Numbered from the stretch's first letter, positions 26,846-37,860 are shown. The stretch: DNA of 64,000 nucleotides from Candidatus Iainarchaeum sp. (GCA_026396995.1 JAPLVS010000045.1:31519-95518); one strand, 5' to 3'. Notes: generated by a model from the sequence alone, not told the origin. Numbers and translations: made by a program.

Positions 26846-28805
26846 GCCTGCCAGAGTGAGGAAGTATTCTGTTGCCGTGCTCCAGAAGGACGCTGAAAAA
26901 GTGCTTTCCGGGCTGCACGAAGAAGGCATAGTGGAAACAAGGAATGTTGACCTGAAGGCGAAAAAGCTCGAGGCATTCGAGGCCGGCGAAAGGGAAAAAT
27001 TCGCCGCATTCAGCCTCACAAAAATCAAGAGGGCTTTCGCAATCCTTTCGCCTTTCGAGCCGAAGAAAAGCCTGCCTGAAAAAGCGAAGGAATTCCTGTT
27101 TGTGGAAAAAATCGAGAAAAGGAGGCCGGCTGAAACATTCCAGGAATTGAAGAAACTTGTTTTGGAAAAAGCAGACCCTGTCCTCAAAAAAGCCGAGGAA
27201 ATCGAGGAAAAAAACCGCGAATTGCATGAAAGGGAGTCCTCGCTCAGGGAGGAAACGGCGGTGCTTGAAAGCCTCAAGGATTTGGACATGGAACTGCAGA
27301 CATTCAGGGGCTTCGAGAACATTGAGGTGATAATCGGCAGGATTTCGCCTGAATTCATGGAAAGCGCCCAGGGAGAGATAAGCAGGGCGGAGAACGCCAG
27401 CCTTTTGAAAGCGCTCGGCAAAAACAAAAAGGAAAAAATAATCATTGTGGCAGCCGGCACAGATGAAAGCGATGCGCTTTTGAAGAACCTGAAAAAAACA
27501 GATTTCTCGCAGATAACATTGCCTGAACTGGAAGGCAAGCCTGCAGTTCTCCTGAAAAAAACAGCCGCTGAGCTGGAAAAAACCGAAAAGGAAAAAAAGC
27601 GCGTTGCTGAGCAGGCTGCAAAACTGCTTTTGGAAAACCGGGGGGAATTGCTCGCAATAGGGGAAATGCTCGAAATAGACAAATCTGTTTTCAGCGCTTT
27701 TGCAGGCGCAGGCAAAACCGAAACAACGGCTTCCTTTGATGTCTTTGTGCCTGAAAAAAAGGCAGAGGCAATGCTTTCAATCCTGGAAAAAAGCTCTTCA
27801 GGCAGGTTTTACGCCGAGCAGGTGAAATTCGAGGAAAAAGAGGCGCCAATACTGCTTGAAAACCCTGGCTTCATCAAAAACTTCGAGTTTTTGCTTAAAT
27901 TGTACGGTTTGCCGGAATACAATGCAATCGACCCGACGCCTTTCATGGCTTTTGTTTTCCCAGTGTTTTACGGCCTTGCATTGGCAGACATAGGTTATGG
28001 CGCCATCCTTGCAGCCTTAATGGCTTTCCTGCACTTCACCTGGGGCAGGAAATCGGATTCCATAAGGCAGCTAACAAACATAATTTTTGTAGGAAGCATA
28101 ATGGCTGTCCTGTTCGGCATTGTTTTCGGCTCGTTTTTCGGGGACGCAGGCGGCGAGGCAGTCAAGGCAATGATAATCATAGACCCGCTCGGCAAAACTT
28201 TCATGGGAGTCAATGCAACGCTTTTCTTTTTCGGCATCATCCTTTCGATAGCGTTATTGCACATAAACCTCGGGATTGTTTTCGGCATTCTCGAGGAGCT
28301 CAGGAAAAAAAACATCAAGGGCGCGATTACCGACAAGTTCGCGAACATTGTCCTTGAAGCAGGGGCGCTTTTCTGCGTGCTCGGCCAGCTTCTGGGATTC
28401 GGCGCGGTTTTCCTTTACGCAGGCCTTGCATTGCTTGCGCTGGCCCTCGTGCTTTTTACGATATCAGGAGGCCTGCTCGGCTTCATGAGGATGACCGGCC
28501 TTTTGGGCAACTGGCTTTCGTACATAAGACTTGCGGCGCTCGGCATGAGCACTACAATTATCGCGATGGCAGTCAACAGGATTGCGATTCTCGCTTTCAC
28601 TGCGCCGTTCGTCGGCTTTATTGCAGCCGGCTTGATTCTCCTGCTCGGCCACACTGTAAATTTCCTGTTCGGGATGCTGAGCTCTTTCACTCATCCGTTA
28701 AGGCTGCACTTTGTCGAGTTCTTCGGCTTTTTTTACGAGGGCTCGGGAAAGGAATTCAGGCCTTACACAATAAAAAGAAAATTCACAAAAAAGGAGGTAG
28801 AATGA
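26838..28805 (+). CDS. atpI: A-type ATP synthase subunit I (a subunit)
   Basis: N-terminal soluble helical half plus C-terminal 7-8 TM with conserved LSYIRLAALGMS arginine helix; start MFKPARV chosen over longer table ORF. Confidence 0.85.
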   Translation: MFKPARVRKYSVAVLQKDAEKVLSGLHEEGIVETRNVDLKAKKLEAFEAGEREKFAAFSLTKIKRAFAILSPFEPKKSLPEKAKEFLFVEKIEKRRPAETFQELKKLVLEKADPVLKKAEEIEEKNRELHERESSLREETAVLESLKDLDMELQTFRGFENIEVIIGRISPEFMESAQGEISRAENASLLKALGKNKKEKIIIVAAGTDESDALLKNLKKTDFSQITLPELEGKPAVLLKKTAAELEKTEKEKKRVAEQAAKLLLENRGELLAIGEMLEIDKSVFSAFAGAGKTETTASFDVFVPEKKAEAMLSILEKSSSGRFYAEQVKFEEKEAPILLENPGFIKNFEFLLKLYGLPEYNAIDPTPFMAFVFPVFYGLALADIGYGAILAALMAFLHFTWGRKSDSIRQLTNIIFVGSIMAVLFGIVFGSFFGDAGGEAVKAMIIIDPLGKTFMGVNATLFFFGIILSIALLHINLGIVFGILEELRKKNIKGAITDKFANIVLEAGALFCVLGQLLGFGAVFLYAGLALLALALVLFTISGGLLGFMRMTGLLGNWLSYIRLAALGMSTTIIAMAVNRIAILAFTAPFVGFIAAGLILLLGHTVNFLFGMLSSFTHPLRLHFVEFFGFFYEGSGKEFRPYTIKRKFTKKEVE

Positions 28806-28806
28806 A

Positions 28807-29070
28807 ATGATAGACCCGGATCTTGCATTCGGCCTGGGATTGATGGCCATAGGCGCAGGCATCGGCGTTGGGGTGGCGGCAGGCCTTTCGGCGATAGGCC
28901 AGGGAATGACGACAGCCGCAGCGGTCGGTGCGGTCACAGAAAAAGACGACTACAGCTTCGGCAAAATGGTCGTATTGTCGGCAATCACGGAAACCCAGGC
29001 AATCTACGGCTTTGTCACGGCAATGATGATAATCTTTGTCCTGGCGTTGGGCTCAGGCTTTTTCACCTGA
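28807..29070 (+). CDS. atpK: A-type ATP synthase subunit K (proteolipid c)
   Basis: 87 aa two-helix hairpin, GAGIGVG and proton-binding Glu in AITETQAIYG. Confidence 0.85.
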   Translation: MIDPDLAFGLGLMAIGAGIGVGVAAGLSAIGQGMTTAAAVGAVTEKDDYSFGKMVVLSAITETQAIYGFVTAMMIIFVLALGSGFFT

Positions 29071-29094
29071 ACCTGCTGCCTGGAATGGGATTGA

Positions 29095-29673
29095 ATGGAA
29101 AGCCTTTTGAAAAAAATAAAGCTGGACGCGGACCAGAAGACCGATGCGGTCAGGAGAGCCTCGGCTGAAGAGGAGCGAAGAATCCTTGAAGAGGCGGAAA
29201 CCGAAGCGCAGGCCGAAGCGAAACGCGCAATCGATGCCGCAGGGAAAAGGGCGGAACTGGAAAGCGCAAGGATTGCTTCTTCGGCAAGCCTTGAGGCAAA
29301 AAAAAGCCTTGCGGCATGCAGGGATGCAATCCTCGAGAAATGGATAGCCGATGCTGCGGGAAAGCTCGATGAGCTCCGCTCCGAAAAACAATACCGCAAA
29401 TCGCTTGCAGCTTTGGTCAACCGCGCGGTATCAGAAATCCCATCGCAAAGCATCATCATTGAAGCGGCTAAAGAAGATGAAAGGGAAATCAGGGCGATTG
29501 CAGGGAAAAGGAAAAATGTTTCAGTGAAAGCGACGCCTTCGATAAAGGCAGGCGCGATAGTGCGCGCAGGCGACGGCAGCATAGAAATAGATGCGACCTT
29601 TGAAAGGCTGCTTGAAACAAGAAAACCGGCAATAAAGAAGGGATTGTCTGCGCTTTTGGAGGCAGAAAAATGA
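29095..29673 (+). CDS. atpE: A-type ATP synthase subunit E
   Basis: 192 aa, helical N-terminus, operon position. Confidence 0.8.
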   Translation: MESLLKKIKLDADQKTDAVRRASAEEERRILEEAETEAQAEAKRAIDAAGKRAELESARIASSASLEAKKSLAACRDAILEKWIADAAGKLDELRSEKQYRKSLAALVNRAVSEIPSQSIIIEAAKEDEREIRAIAGKRKNVSVKATPSIKAGAIVRAGDGSIEIDATFERLLETRKPAIKKGLSALLEAEK

Positions 29674-30896
29674 ACCCGGTGATTGCGGGGAAAATTATTT
29701 TCCTTGCAGCGGAGGCTGCGGCAAAGGCCGCAGGCACAGCGGCACAGGCTTCAGGCGCGGTGGCACAGGCGTCAGGCCCTGAATTGATTGCCTTCTGGGT
29801 TGTTGCTGGCGCAATTCTCGGCGTGCTGGCGCTTGTGGCCGTGACTGTAAAAAAAATTCTCCCAATAATGGCCTTTGCCTATCCTGTGACAAGGGTCAGG
29901 GCGATGGGGAGCAGGATGGTCAAGGAACGGAAGCTCAGGGAACTGGCTGAAAGCTATTCCCACAGGGACGTGATTGCGGCATTCGAGGGCACTGCATACG
30001 AGCCCAATGTTTCAGGCAAAAAGGAAATAGAGGAAATCGAAAAAGGCCTTGCATTGAACCTGGCAAAGGACTATGAAAGGATAGTGAAGATGACGCCGAA
30101 AAGCGCCTCAGAATTCTTCAGGCTTGTGAGTTACAGGTACGAAATCGAAAACGTGAAAAGAATCCTTGAATCAAAGGCCACAGGCGAGCCGATAACAATG
30201 CTTTACCCTAGCCCGCTCTCCGAATCATTCATTGAAAGGCTCAAGGAATCTGAGGGAATGGAGGAAACCCTTGGCCTGCTGAAACAGACGAATTTGAAGG
30301 ACGCAATAGAAGGGCTGAAGGCCGACTCAAGCGTCGAAGAAATCGAAAAAGCGCTTGACAGGCACTTGTATGAAAAAGTCTTCGAAAAGAAAAAAATGGC
30401 GGAAGTCGCAAAAAAGGCAGGGGTGCTAGACGACAAAAACAGGCTTTTGGAAATCTACGGCACACAGGTCGACATGATGAACATAAAAATAGCGCTGCGC
30501 GGGATTGCCGGCAGGCTCGGGGAAAGGGAAATCAAGGAAATAATGATTCACAACCATTACTTCCTGCCTGAAAAAAACGCAAACGCGATGGCAGAAGCCA
30601 AAGACATCCAGTCCGCAATCGCCTGCCTTGAAGGCACACGGTATTATGAAACGCTTGCCGAGGCCTCAAGGGAAACCGGCAAAGGCAGGGGCCTGAGCTC
30701 TGTGGAAAAAGCGCTCGACCAATATTATCATAAAAGCCTCAAGACAACCGCATTCAGCCAGCCTTTCGGGCTGACGCCGATAGCCGGATATCTTGCGCTC
30801 AAGGAAAGCGAAATAAGAACGCTCACAGCAATATTGAACGGAATAGCGGAAGGCGTCCCGAAGGAAAGAATCACGGAAATGTTTATTGCGGAATGA
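29670..30896 (+). CDS. atpC: A-type ATP synthase subunit C (d), with unusual ~66-aa N-terminal hydrophobic extension
   Basis: From MAFAYPVTRVRAMGSRMVKERKLREL onward matches AtpC; ATGA overlap with atpE stop supports start at 29670. Confidence 0.8.
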   Translation: MNPVIAGKIIFLAAEAAAKAAGTAAQASGAVAQASGPELIAFWVVAGAILGVLALVAVTVKKILPIMAFAYPVTRVRAMGSRMVKERKLRELAESYSHRDVIAAFEGTAYEPNVSGKKEIEEIEKGLALNLAKDYERIVKMTPKSASEFFRLVSYRYEIENVKRILESKATGEPITMLYPSPLSESFIERLKESEGMEETLGLLKQTNLKDAIEGLKADSSVEEIEKALDRHLYEKVFEKKKMAEVAKKAGVLDDKNRLLEIYGTQVDMMNIKIALRGIAGRLGEREIKEIMIHNHYFLPEKNANAMAEAKDIQSAIACLEGTRYYETLAEASRETGKGRGLSSVEKALDQYYHKSLKTTAFSQPFGLTPIAGYLALKESEIRTLTAILNGIAEGVPKERITEMFIAE

Positions 30897-30917
30897 AAAA
30901 ATGCGGGATATGGAAAA

Positions 30918-31220
30918 ATGAAGATTGCTGTGCTCGGAAGCCATGAAACAGTGCTTGCTTTCAGGCTTGCCGGAGTGAGAAAAGGGGTGAGGGCAGAGGA
31001 AAGCCGCGAGGCATTGCTAGGGCAATTCGAAAAGCTCGCAGGCGAGGAAGGAATCGGTCTGATAATTGCCGATGATTCGTGCTCGCAGATAAGGGATGAA
31101 ATCACGACATTCATCGAACTGAACCAGAAGCCGCTCATAATAGAAATTCCAGGAAGGAACGAAAAAATAACAGGCGGGGTAGCGGAAATGATAATCAAAA
31201 AAGCCACAGGAGCAAAATAG
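30918..31220 (+). CDS. atpF: A-type ATP synthase subunit F
   Basis: 100 aa, MKIAVLGSHETVLAFRLAGV typical AtpF. Confidence 0.8.
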   Translation: MKIAVLGSHETVLAFRLAGVRKGVRAEESREALLGQFEKLAGEEGIGLIIADDSCSQIRDEITTFIELNQKPLIIEIPGRNEKITGGVAEMIIKKATGAK

Positions 31221-31282
31221 AGGGGAGAATGGAAAGGGCTGTTATCTAAAACAAACAGGAGCGAAATAGAGAGGGGACACAA

Positions 31283-33052
31283 ATGGAAAATGGGAGAATT
31301 GCCAGGATTTCAGGGCCTGTCATTGAAGCGAGAGGAATGCTTGGCGCAAGCATCAACGAGGTTGTGAGAGTCGGCAGGGAAGGCCTTATCGGGGAAGTGA
31401 TAAGGCTCAACAAGGACATGGCCACAATACAGGTATACGAGGAAACATCAGGCCTGATGCCTGGCGAGCCGGTGGAAGGGACAGGAAAGCCTTTGAGCCT
31501 TGAGCTTGGGCCGGGGCTTTTGGGAAGCGTTTATGACGGGATACAGAGGCCGCTTGAAACCGTGAGGCAGAAATCAGGCGATTTCATTGCGCGCGGGACA
31601 GAGGCTCCTGCGCTTGACAGGAAAAAGAAATGGCGCTTCAAGCCTCTGGCCAAAAACGGAGAACAGGTGAAAGCAGGCCAGATAATCGGCACTGTGCAGG
31701 AATCGAAGGAGATAAGCCACAAAATCCTTGTGCCCCCGCACACTGAAGGAAAAATTTCCGATTTGAAGGAAGGCGATTTTTCTGTCGAGGAAACAATCGC
31801 AAAAATCGACGGCAAGCCGATAAAACTCATGCAGGAATGGCCTGTCAAAAAAAAGCGCCCCTATCTTGAAAAACTCCCGCCATCAGAACTTCTCACTACA
31901 GGGCAAAGGGTCATAGATTTCCTTTTCCCTGTCCCGAAAGGCGGCACTGCAAGCATTCCCGGGCCGTTCGGTTCTGGAAAAACAGTGGTGCAGCAGCAGC
32001 TTGCAAAATGGGCCGATGCTGAAATAATAGTTTATGTGGGATGCGGGGAGCGCGGGAACGAAATGACCGAGGTGCTCACCCAATTCCCGAAACTCGTGGA
32101 CCCGAAAACAGGCAGGCCGTTAATGGAAAGGACTGTATTGATAGCGAACACTTCTAATATGCCTGTTGCCGCAAGGGAAGCATCGATTTACACAGGAATC
32201 ACTATTGCGGAATATTACCGCGACCAGGGCTTCAATGTCGCGCTTATGGCGGATTCCACTTCAAGATGGGCAGAGGCATTGAGGGAAGTGTCCTCGCGCC
32301 TTGAAGAAATGCCTGGCGAGGAAGGATATCCTGCTTATCTTGGCACAAGGCTTGCGGAATTCTATGAAAGGGCCGGAAGGGTGAAAGCATTGAGCGGAAA
32401 AATAGGGTCGGTGAGCGCAATCGGCGCTGTTTCGCCGCCTGGCGGGGATTTTTCAGAACCGGTGACACAAAACACCCTTAGGACCGTGAAGGTTTTCTGG
32501 GGCTTGGACAGTTCTCTCAGCGAAAGAAGGCATTTCCCTTCAATAAACTGGCTTTCATCATATTCGCTTTATATCGAGCAGACAGGGAAATGGCTTGCTG
32601 AGCATGTCTCAAAGGGCTGGCCTAAGGCAAGGGAGAAAACAATGGCGCTGCTGAAAAAAGAAGCGGAATTGCTTGAAGTAGTGCAAATAATCGGGCCTGA
32701 CGCCTTGCCGCCGAAAGAAAGGGTTGCGCTTGAAATCGCGAGAATGGTAAGGGAAGACTTTTTGCAGCAAAGCGCCTACCATGAAGTCGACACTTTCTGC
32801 CCTCTCGAAAAACAATTGGGGATGATTGAAACAATATTGTTCTTGGAAGAGCAGGCCTCAACACTTGAATTCCCTGACGCGAAAAGAATCAGCGAGCTCG
32901 AATCAGTGCAGAGGATTTCGAGGATGAAAGCCCTGCCGATTGGGGAATTCAAAAAGGAAATGAAATCTGTAAGGGACAGGATTGAAATAGAGTTTGCGGA
33001 GCTGAAGAAAAGGGAATTGCTTGCAAAGAAGGGCGGGGGTGTGGCGAAATGA
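31283..33052 (+). CDS. atpA: A-type ATP synthase catalytic subunit A
   Basis: Walker [21 protein letters not shown], full-length 589 aa. Confidence 0.95.
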   Translation: MENGRIARISGPVIEARGMLGASINEVVRVGREGLIGEVIRLNKDMATIQVYEETSGLMPGEPVEGTGKPLSLELGPGLLGSVYDGIQRPLETVRQKSGDFIARGTEAPALDRKKKWRFKPLAKNGEQVKAGQIIGTVQESKEISHKILVPPHTEGKISDLKEGDFSVEETIAKIDGKPIKLMQEWPVKKKRPYLEKLPPSELLTTGQRVIDFLFPVPKGGTASIPGPFGSGKTVVQQQLAKWADAEIIVYVGCGERGNEMTEVLTQFPKLVDPKTGRPLMERTVLIANTSNMPVAAREASIYTGITIAEYYRDQGFNVALMADSTSRWAEALREVSSRLEEMPGEEGYPAYLGTRLAEFYERAGRVKALSGKIGSVSAIGAVSPPGGDFSEPVTQNTLRTVKVFWGLDSSLSERRHFPSINWLSSYSLYIEQTGKWLAEHVSKGWPKAREKTMALLKKEAELLEVVQIIGPDALPPKERVALEIARMVREDFLQQSAYHEVDTFCPLEKQLGMIETILFLEEQASTLEFPDAKRISELESVQRISRMKALPIGEFKKEMKSVRDRIEIEFAELKKRELLAKKGGGVAK

Positions 33053-34470
33053 TAAAGGAATACAACACGATTGAAAGGATTGCCGGCCCGCTTGTTTTCG
33101 TGAAAAACACTAAAAACGTGATGTACCAGGAAACAGTGCAGGTGAAAATGCCTGACTCGTCCATAAAAAACGGCCAGGTCCTTGAGGTCACAGAGGATAC
33201 CGCGGTGATACAGGTTTTCGAGGGCACAAGCGGAATCGACGTGAAAAAATCGAAGGTCAGATTCCTTGAGGAAACACTGAAGCTCAGAGTGAGCGAGGAA
33301 ATGCTCGGCAGGGTTTTCAGCGGCTTGGGAAAGCCGATTGACGGCGGCCCTGAAATAATCGGCGAAAAAGAACTCGACATAAACGGTTCTCCCATAAATC
33401 CCACAAGCAGGGACAATCCCGGTGACTTTATCCAGACAGGCATAAGCGCAATAGACGGAATGGACACGCTGGTGAGAGGGCAAAAACTGCCGATATTCTC
33501 GGGCGCAGGGCTGCCGCACAACAGGCTTGCAGCGCAAATCGCAAGGCAGGCCACTGTTTTGGGCGAAAAGGAAAAATTCGCAATAGTGTTCGCAGCAATG
33601 GGCGTCACCCACGAAGAGGCGAACTTTTTCCGCGAGGAATTCGAAAAAACAGGCGCGCTCGAAAAAGTCGTGATGTTTTTGAACTATGCCGACGACCCTG
33701 CAATCGAAAGGATTATCACGCCGAGAATCGCCCTGACAGCCGCGGAATTCCTTGCGTTCGACAAGGACATGCAGGTGCTTGTTATTCTCACAGACATGAC
33801 AAACTACTGCGAGGCGCTGAGAGAAATAAGCTCTGCAAGGGAAGAAGTGCCTGGAAGGAGAGGTTATCCCGGTTATATGTACACTAACCTTGCCACAATC
33901 TATGAAAGGGCAGGAAGGATAAAAGGCAAAAAAGGCTCAATTACCCAGCTGCCGATTCTTTCGATGCCGGATGATGATAAAACTCATCCAATACCTGACA
34001 ACACAGGTTACATCACTGAAGGGCAGATTGTTTTGAGCAGGCCGATGCACATGGCTGGAATTTACCCGCCGATAGATGTGAGGCCTTCGCTTAGCAGGCT
34101 CATGAACCACGGCATCGGGCCTGAAAAAACAAGGGAAGACCATGCAGGCGTATCAAACCAGCTTTATGCGGCCTATGCCGAAGGAATGGACAAAAAGGAC
34201 TTGGTTGCGGTGGTCGGCGAAGAGGCGCTCACTGAAAGGGACAGGCAATATTTGAAATTCGCGGACCTCTTCGAAAAAAACTTTGTCAACCAGGGATACG
34301 AGGAAAACCGCCCCATACACGAAACCCTTGACATAGCATGGGGGCTATTCAAAACAATTCCGGAAAGGGAGCTGAAAAGGATTGATGAAAAGCACATAAG
34401 GAAATACCTGAAAGGCGAAAAAACCGCCGAAAAGGAAAAGCAGGCCAAGGCCAAAAAACCAAGAAAGTGA
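33049..34470 (+). CDS. atpB: A-type ATP synthase subunit B
   Basis: 473 aa, conserved B-subunit blocks ([16 protein letters not shown]). Confidence 0.95.
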   Translation: MIKEYNTIERIAGPLVFVKNTKNVMYQETVQVKMPDSSIKNGQVLEVTEDTAVIQVFEGTSGIDVKKSKVRFLEETLKLRVSEEMLGRVFSGLGKPIDGGPEIIGEKELDINGSPINPTSRDNPGDFIQTGISAIDGMDTLVRGQKLPIFSGAGLPHNRLAAQIARQATVLGEKEKFAIVFAAMGVTHEEANFFREEFEKTGALEKVVMFLNYADDPAIERIITPRIALTAAEFLAFDKDMQVLVILTDMTNYCEALREISSAREEVPGRRGYPGYMYTNLATIYERAGRIKGKKGSITQLPILSMPDDDKTHPIPDNTGYITEGQIVLSRPMHMAGIYPPIDVRPSLSRLMNHGIGPEKTREDHAGVSNQLYAAYAEGMDKKDLVAVVGEEALTERDRQYLKFADLFEKNFVNQGYEENRPIHETLDIAWGLFKTIPERELKRIDEKHIRKYLKGEKTAEKEKQAKAKKPRK

Positions 34471-34474
34471 TTGA

Positions 34475-35134
34475 ATGATAAGGAACGTAAAGCCGACAAG
34501 GATGGAATTGCTCAGGACAAGGAAAAAGATAGAACTGGCAAGGAAAGGCCACCGCCTCCTGAAGGAAAAAAGGGACGCATTGTTCAACGAATACTTCAGG
34601 GAAACAAGGCCTGCGAAAGAGGCGCGCATTGAACTCGAGGAAGGCCTTTCAAAGGCATTCGATTCGCTTGCAATCGCAATGGCCCAGCTCGGAAGGGTCA
34701 CAGTAGCTGAAAACGCGCTTGCGGCTTCAAGGAATGATTCTGTCGAAATCGAGGCAGGCGAGAGAAACCTGATGGGCGCAAAAATTCCCTCTTTGAAGGC
34801 TGGAAAGATTTCAAGGACGCTTTCAGAGCGAGGCTACAGCATAACAGAAACATCTTCGGCTGTCGACGATGCCTCAGGCAGGTTCGAGGAATCCCTTGAA
34901 AAAATAGTTTCGCTTGCAGAAAAGGAGGCGATGCTTGAAAGGCTTTCCTTTGAAATCAGCCGCACGAAAAGAAAGGTGAACTCGCTTGAAAAGGTCACAA
35001 TCCCAAGGCTTGAGGAAACACTGCGCTACATAGACCAGAGGCTTGAGGAAAGGGAAAGGGAAGCATTCTATTCCATGAAAAAAGTGAAATCCAAAAAAGA
35101 GGCGAAGCTTGCGGCCAGCCGGAGCGCATTCTGA
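34475..35134 (+). CDS. atpD: A-type ATP synthase subunit D
   Basis: 219 aa coiled-coil central stalk, MIRNVKPTRMELLRTRKKIELARKGHRLLKEKRDAL. Confidence 0.85.
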   Translation: MIRNVKPTRMELLRTRKKIELARKGHRLLKEKRDALFNEYFRETRPAKEARIELEEGLSKAFDSLAIAMAQLGRVTVAENALAASRNDSVEIEAGERNLMGAKIPSLKAGKISRTLSERGYSITETSSAVDDASGRFEESLEKIVSLAEKEAMLERLSFEISRTKRKVNSLEKVTIPRLEETLRYIDQRLEEREREAFYSMKKVKSKKEAKLAASRSAF

Positions 35135-35201
35135 TTTTGTACTAAAAAACCGGCGAACAAAAACAAAAAACTATTAAACTTTTCCAAGTTTCTTCAATTA
35201 T

Positions 35202-35963
35202 ATGACTTCAAGACTCCAGCTGTTCCTTTTCACACTCCTTGTCCTGACGACAGGCGTGATAATCGGCCTGCTGGTTTACCCGTACTTTGAAGGAGGGCAG
35301 CCTGCTGCAGTCCAGCAGGAGCAGAAAGCCCAGCTCTCAGAGGGAACTTATTCCTCGAAAGTGAACATCCTGGCTGTTTCAAGCAACGGCACAGGGGTAA
35401 TGAGCCAGGCTGAAGTGGAGATAACGGATGGAAAGGGAAGAGTGCTTTTTAGTGTGAATCCCTTCGTCGAACCCGACACCCAATACTCTGCGGAAACAGC
35501 AAAAAAAGTGGCCGAGGACTTCACAGGCAAAAGCCTTGAAAACAGGGATGTCATTTACACGATCACCGCAGGCGAATCGAATCTTGTAGGCGGGCCGAGC
35601 GCAGGCGCCGCACTGACCCTGGCAACCATTGCTGCAATCGAAAAAAAGCCGATCAGGGAGGATTTCGCGATGACAGGCACAATACAGGAAAACGGTACAA
35701 TAGGCCAGATAGGCGGAGTTATAGAGAAAGGCACCGCGGCAGCGCAGAACGGCATCAAATTGTTCCTTGTGCCTGAAGGCCAGTCCAAGGGAATTGTTTA
35801 TGAAAGGAAAACCGCTGAAAAAAAAGGCCGCGGATTCGTGCTCCAGCGGGTTTATTACGAGCCTGTGGAATTTGATTTGAACAAAGCGCTGTTCGAGGAA
35901 TACGGCATGCAGGTAATCGAGGTTTCCAATATAAAGGAAGCCGCAGAACTGGCCTTCAAATAA
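35202..35963 (+). CDS. Membrane-anchored Lon-type (S16) protease domain protein
   Basis: N-terminal TM; proteolytic domain with GGPSAGAALTLATIAAIE (Ser) and downstream Lys dyad; no AAA+ module. Confidence 0.7.
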   Translation: MTSRLQLFLFTLLVLTTGVIIGLLVYPYFEGGQPAAVQQEQKAQLSEGTYSSKVNILAVSSNGTGVMSQAEVEITDGKGRVLFSVNPFVEPDTQYSAETAKKVAEDFTGKSLENRDVIYTITAGESNLVGGPSAGAALTLATIAAIEKKPIREDFAMTGTIQENGTIGQIGGVIEKGTAAAQNGIKLFLVPEGQSKGIVYERKTAEKKGRGFVLQRVYYEPVEFDLNKALFEEYGMQVIEVSNIKEAAELAFK

Positions 35964-35994
35964 ATATATAAATAAGAAAGCCCTTATTGTTACC

Positions 35995-36708
35995 ATGCTT
36001 GAGGACTCCAGGTTAAGGGAAAACCTTTCGCTGGTTTTCCTGCTTTTCATGCTGGTGCTGGTTTTTGCCGTAATATACTTTCTTTTCGGCAAGGGCATAC
36101 TGATAGATATCCTGTTGCTGACCGCATACTTCATTTCATTTTCAGTCCTCGGCATTGTAATAATTTACGGCATCTGGTCCAATCCCCCGGCAAAAAAACT
36201 GCAGGATGAAATGCAAATCCTCAAGTCAGACATAAGGACGGTGGAGCAGAAATTCCTGAAAAGGGAAATAGACGAGGAAATATTCCTCAAGCTCTTAAGC
36301 GAAAAGCACCACAGGCTCATAAAAATCGAGGCAAAAATCTACAAGAAAACCTCGCCATTGCACCTTGCCGGAATAAGGGCAAGCCTCCTGAAAAGGCGCG
36401 AAAGGTCTGCACTGAAAAGGCTCATGGATGAAAAGGCAGAGCTTTTGAGCCAGAGAAGGATTGCCGCATGCAAAATGTACCGCAGGGAGCTTGACAGGGG
36501 CGGATTCCAGAAATTCATAGAGGAAAACGACGGCAATCTCGTGAAAGTCGAATCGCTCATAAACATCCTGTTTGCAAAGGCAGCCACAGTGCCGGAGCAG
36601 AAAGAGCAAAGGCAGAAGATTATAGTCGAAATCGTGAAAGACAAAAACATAGACGCCTCGGACATCGACCGCATGGCAAAGGAAATAGCCGAACAGCACA
36701 AAAAATAA
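35995..36708 (+). CDS. Membrane protein with cytoplasmic coiled-coil domain, hypothetical
   Basis: Two N-terminal TM helices then Lys/Glu-rich helical region. Confidence 0.4.
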   Translation: MLEDSRLRENLSLVFLLFMLVLVFAVIYFLFGKGILIDILLLTAYFISFSVLGIVIIYGIWSNPPAKKLQDEMQILKSDIRTVEQKFLKREIDEEIFLKLLSEKHHRLIKIEAKIYKKTSPLHLAGIRASLLKRRERSALKRLMDEKAELLSQRRIAACKMYRRELDRGGFQKFIEENDGNLVKVESLINILFAKAATVPEQKEQRQKIIVEIVKDKNIDASDIDRMAKEIAEQHKK

Positions 36709-36720
36709 GACCGCAAACCC

Positions 36721-37149
36721 CTACTTCTTTCTCACAGGCAACGGGTAAAGGTCCGCAAGCCTTGCCTTTTTTGCTTTGGAGATTGCAATCCAGGGATTGC
36801 CGAATTCTCCGATTATGTGCCTGCAGGCCCCGCAGGGCTGGAGCACTTCCCATTTGCCGCTTTTGCGGTCAGGCATGTGCACTGCTGCAATGAATTTTAT
36901 TCTCCGCTCCCCTGCCGCAAACATCGAGGCGATTGCGGCGGTTTCTGCGCAAATCGAAGTGGGCGAAGAGGAAAGGTTCTTGATGTTTGCCCCGGCATAA
37001 ATCCTGCCGCTGCCTGCCAGGAGCGCGCACCCGACAGAGGAGGAAATCGCCTTTGTGTCCACGCGGTTCAGCATTACCGCGCCAAGCGCGATTTTAACGA
37101 TTTCATTTTCAGATTTGGAGAGCTTTTGAGTTTTCATAACAATCACCAA
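36721..37149 (-). CDS. cdd: Cytidine deaminase
   Basis: Zinc-binding CAE(TAAI) and PCGACRH motifs, ~140 aa. Confidence 0.75.
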   Translation of the reverse strand: MVIVMKTQKLSKSENEIVKIALGAVMLNRVDTKAISSSVGCALLAGSGRIYAGANIKNLSSSPTSICAETAAIASMFAAGERRIKFIAAVHMPDRKSGKWEVLQPCGACRHIIGEFGNPWIAISKAKKARLADLYPLPVRKK

Positions 37150-37193
37150 CTTTTCTTTCTTTTAACCGACTCAGAATTTTCTTTTATCCATCA

Positions 37194-37246
37194 GGTCTTT
37201 TCTTTTGGCCAACCTAGGCTTTTCTTTTTTAAAAAGAAAAGCCCGG
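37194..37246. repeat. A/T-rich palindromic element in 3' flank of tRNA-Arg(TCT); near-identical copy inside tRNA-Ser(TGA) intron
   Basis: ggtcttttcttttggccaacctaggcttttcttttttaaaaagaaaagcccgg vs 61591..61646 ggtcttttctttttggcaaacctaggctttttcttttataaaaagaaaaaggctgg (~90% identity); contains hairpin cttttcttttt/aaaaagaaaag. Confidence 0.6.
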
Positions 37247-37249
37247 AAA

Positions 37250-37322
37250 CGAGCCCGGAGGGATTCGAACCCTCGACCTACTGCTTAGAAGGCAGCCGCG
37301 CTATCCACTGCGCTACGGGCCC
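37250..37322 (-). tRNA. tRNA-Arg (anticodon TCT)
   Basis: GGGCCCG-TA-GCGC-AGTGGATA-GCGC-G-GCTGC-CTTCTAA-GCAGT-AGGTC-GAGGG-TTCGAAT-CCCTC-CGGGCTC-G cloverleaf. Confidence 0.85.
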
Positions 37323-37380
37323 TGCACCGCCCTTTATTATACTATAATAAATGCCTCCTCTGCCAATAAATAGTTTTTCC

Positions 37381-37860
37381 TTATCTCGCAACATTAAAGA
37401 TTTCGGCAAAAGCGCCCTTTTCAGTGAATTGCCCTCTTGTGGCGTCCAGGAGCCAAACCATGATTTCATCCGGCCTGAAATCAGCTGGGAAAAACTTCGG
37501 CCTTGCCCTGCAAGGCAGGCCGTGCTTCTGGGTTTTCCTGTAAAGGCCCAGGCAGTTCGAGGACAGCACGAAAACAAACAGGTCAACGCTGCCCTTGTAC
37601 CTGAGCTTTTCCTTGAGCTTTCCTTTTGTCGGCCTGGTCATTACCTCAATGCCGATTAAGCCTTTCCCTGATTCCACCAGAAAATCATAGGAGCCTTTGC
37701 GTTCAAGCGGGAGCATTGTGCGCTTTTCCTCTTCAATGCTGCCTATAACCAAGTCTTTTTCCCTGCCCATCCTTTCCAGTTCCTTCAGGGTGAGCCGGTG
37801 CATCCTTTTCGTGAGATTATTGCCTGTCAGCTCGCAAGGCGTCAAAAAACCCCCTTTCAA
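37381..37860 (-). CDS. Hypothetical protein (possible PD-(D/E)xK nuclease-like fold, weak)
   Basis: ORF; YDFLVESGKGLIGIEVMTRPTKGK resembles D-x-E-x-K core; low confidence. Confidence 0.35.
   Translation of the reverse strand: MKGGFLTPCELTGNNLTKRMHRLTLKELERMGREKDLVIGSIEEEKRTMLPLERKGSYDFLVESGKGLIGIEVMTRPTKGKLKEKLRYKGSVDLFVFVLSSNCLGLYRKTQKHGLPCRARPKFFPADFRPDEIMVWLLDATRGQFTEKGAFAEIFNVAR

Noticed and set aside
26462-27715. 417-aa minus-strand ORF, and similar antisense ORFs at 29004..29582 and 32776..33612
   Set aside because: These lie opposite well-supported ATP synthase genes. Their Ser/Ala/Phe-rich low-complexity translations are typical of reading GA-rich codon strings backwards.
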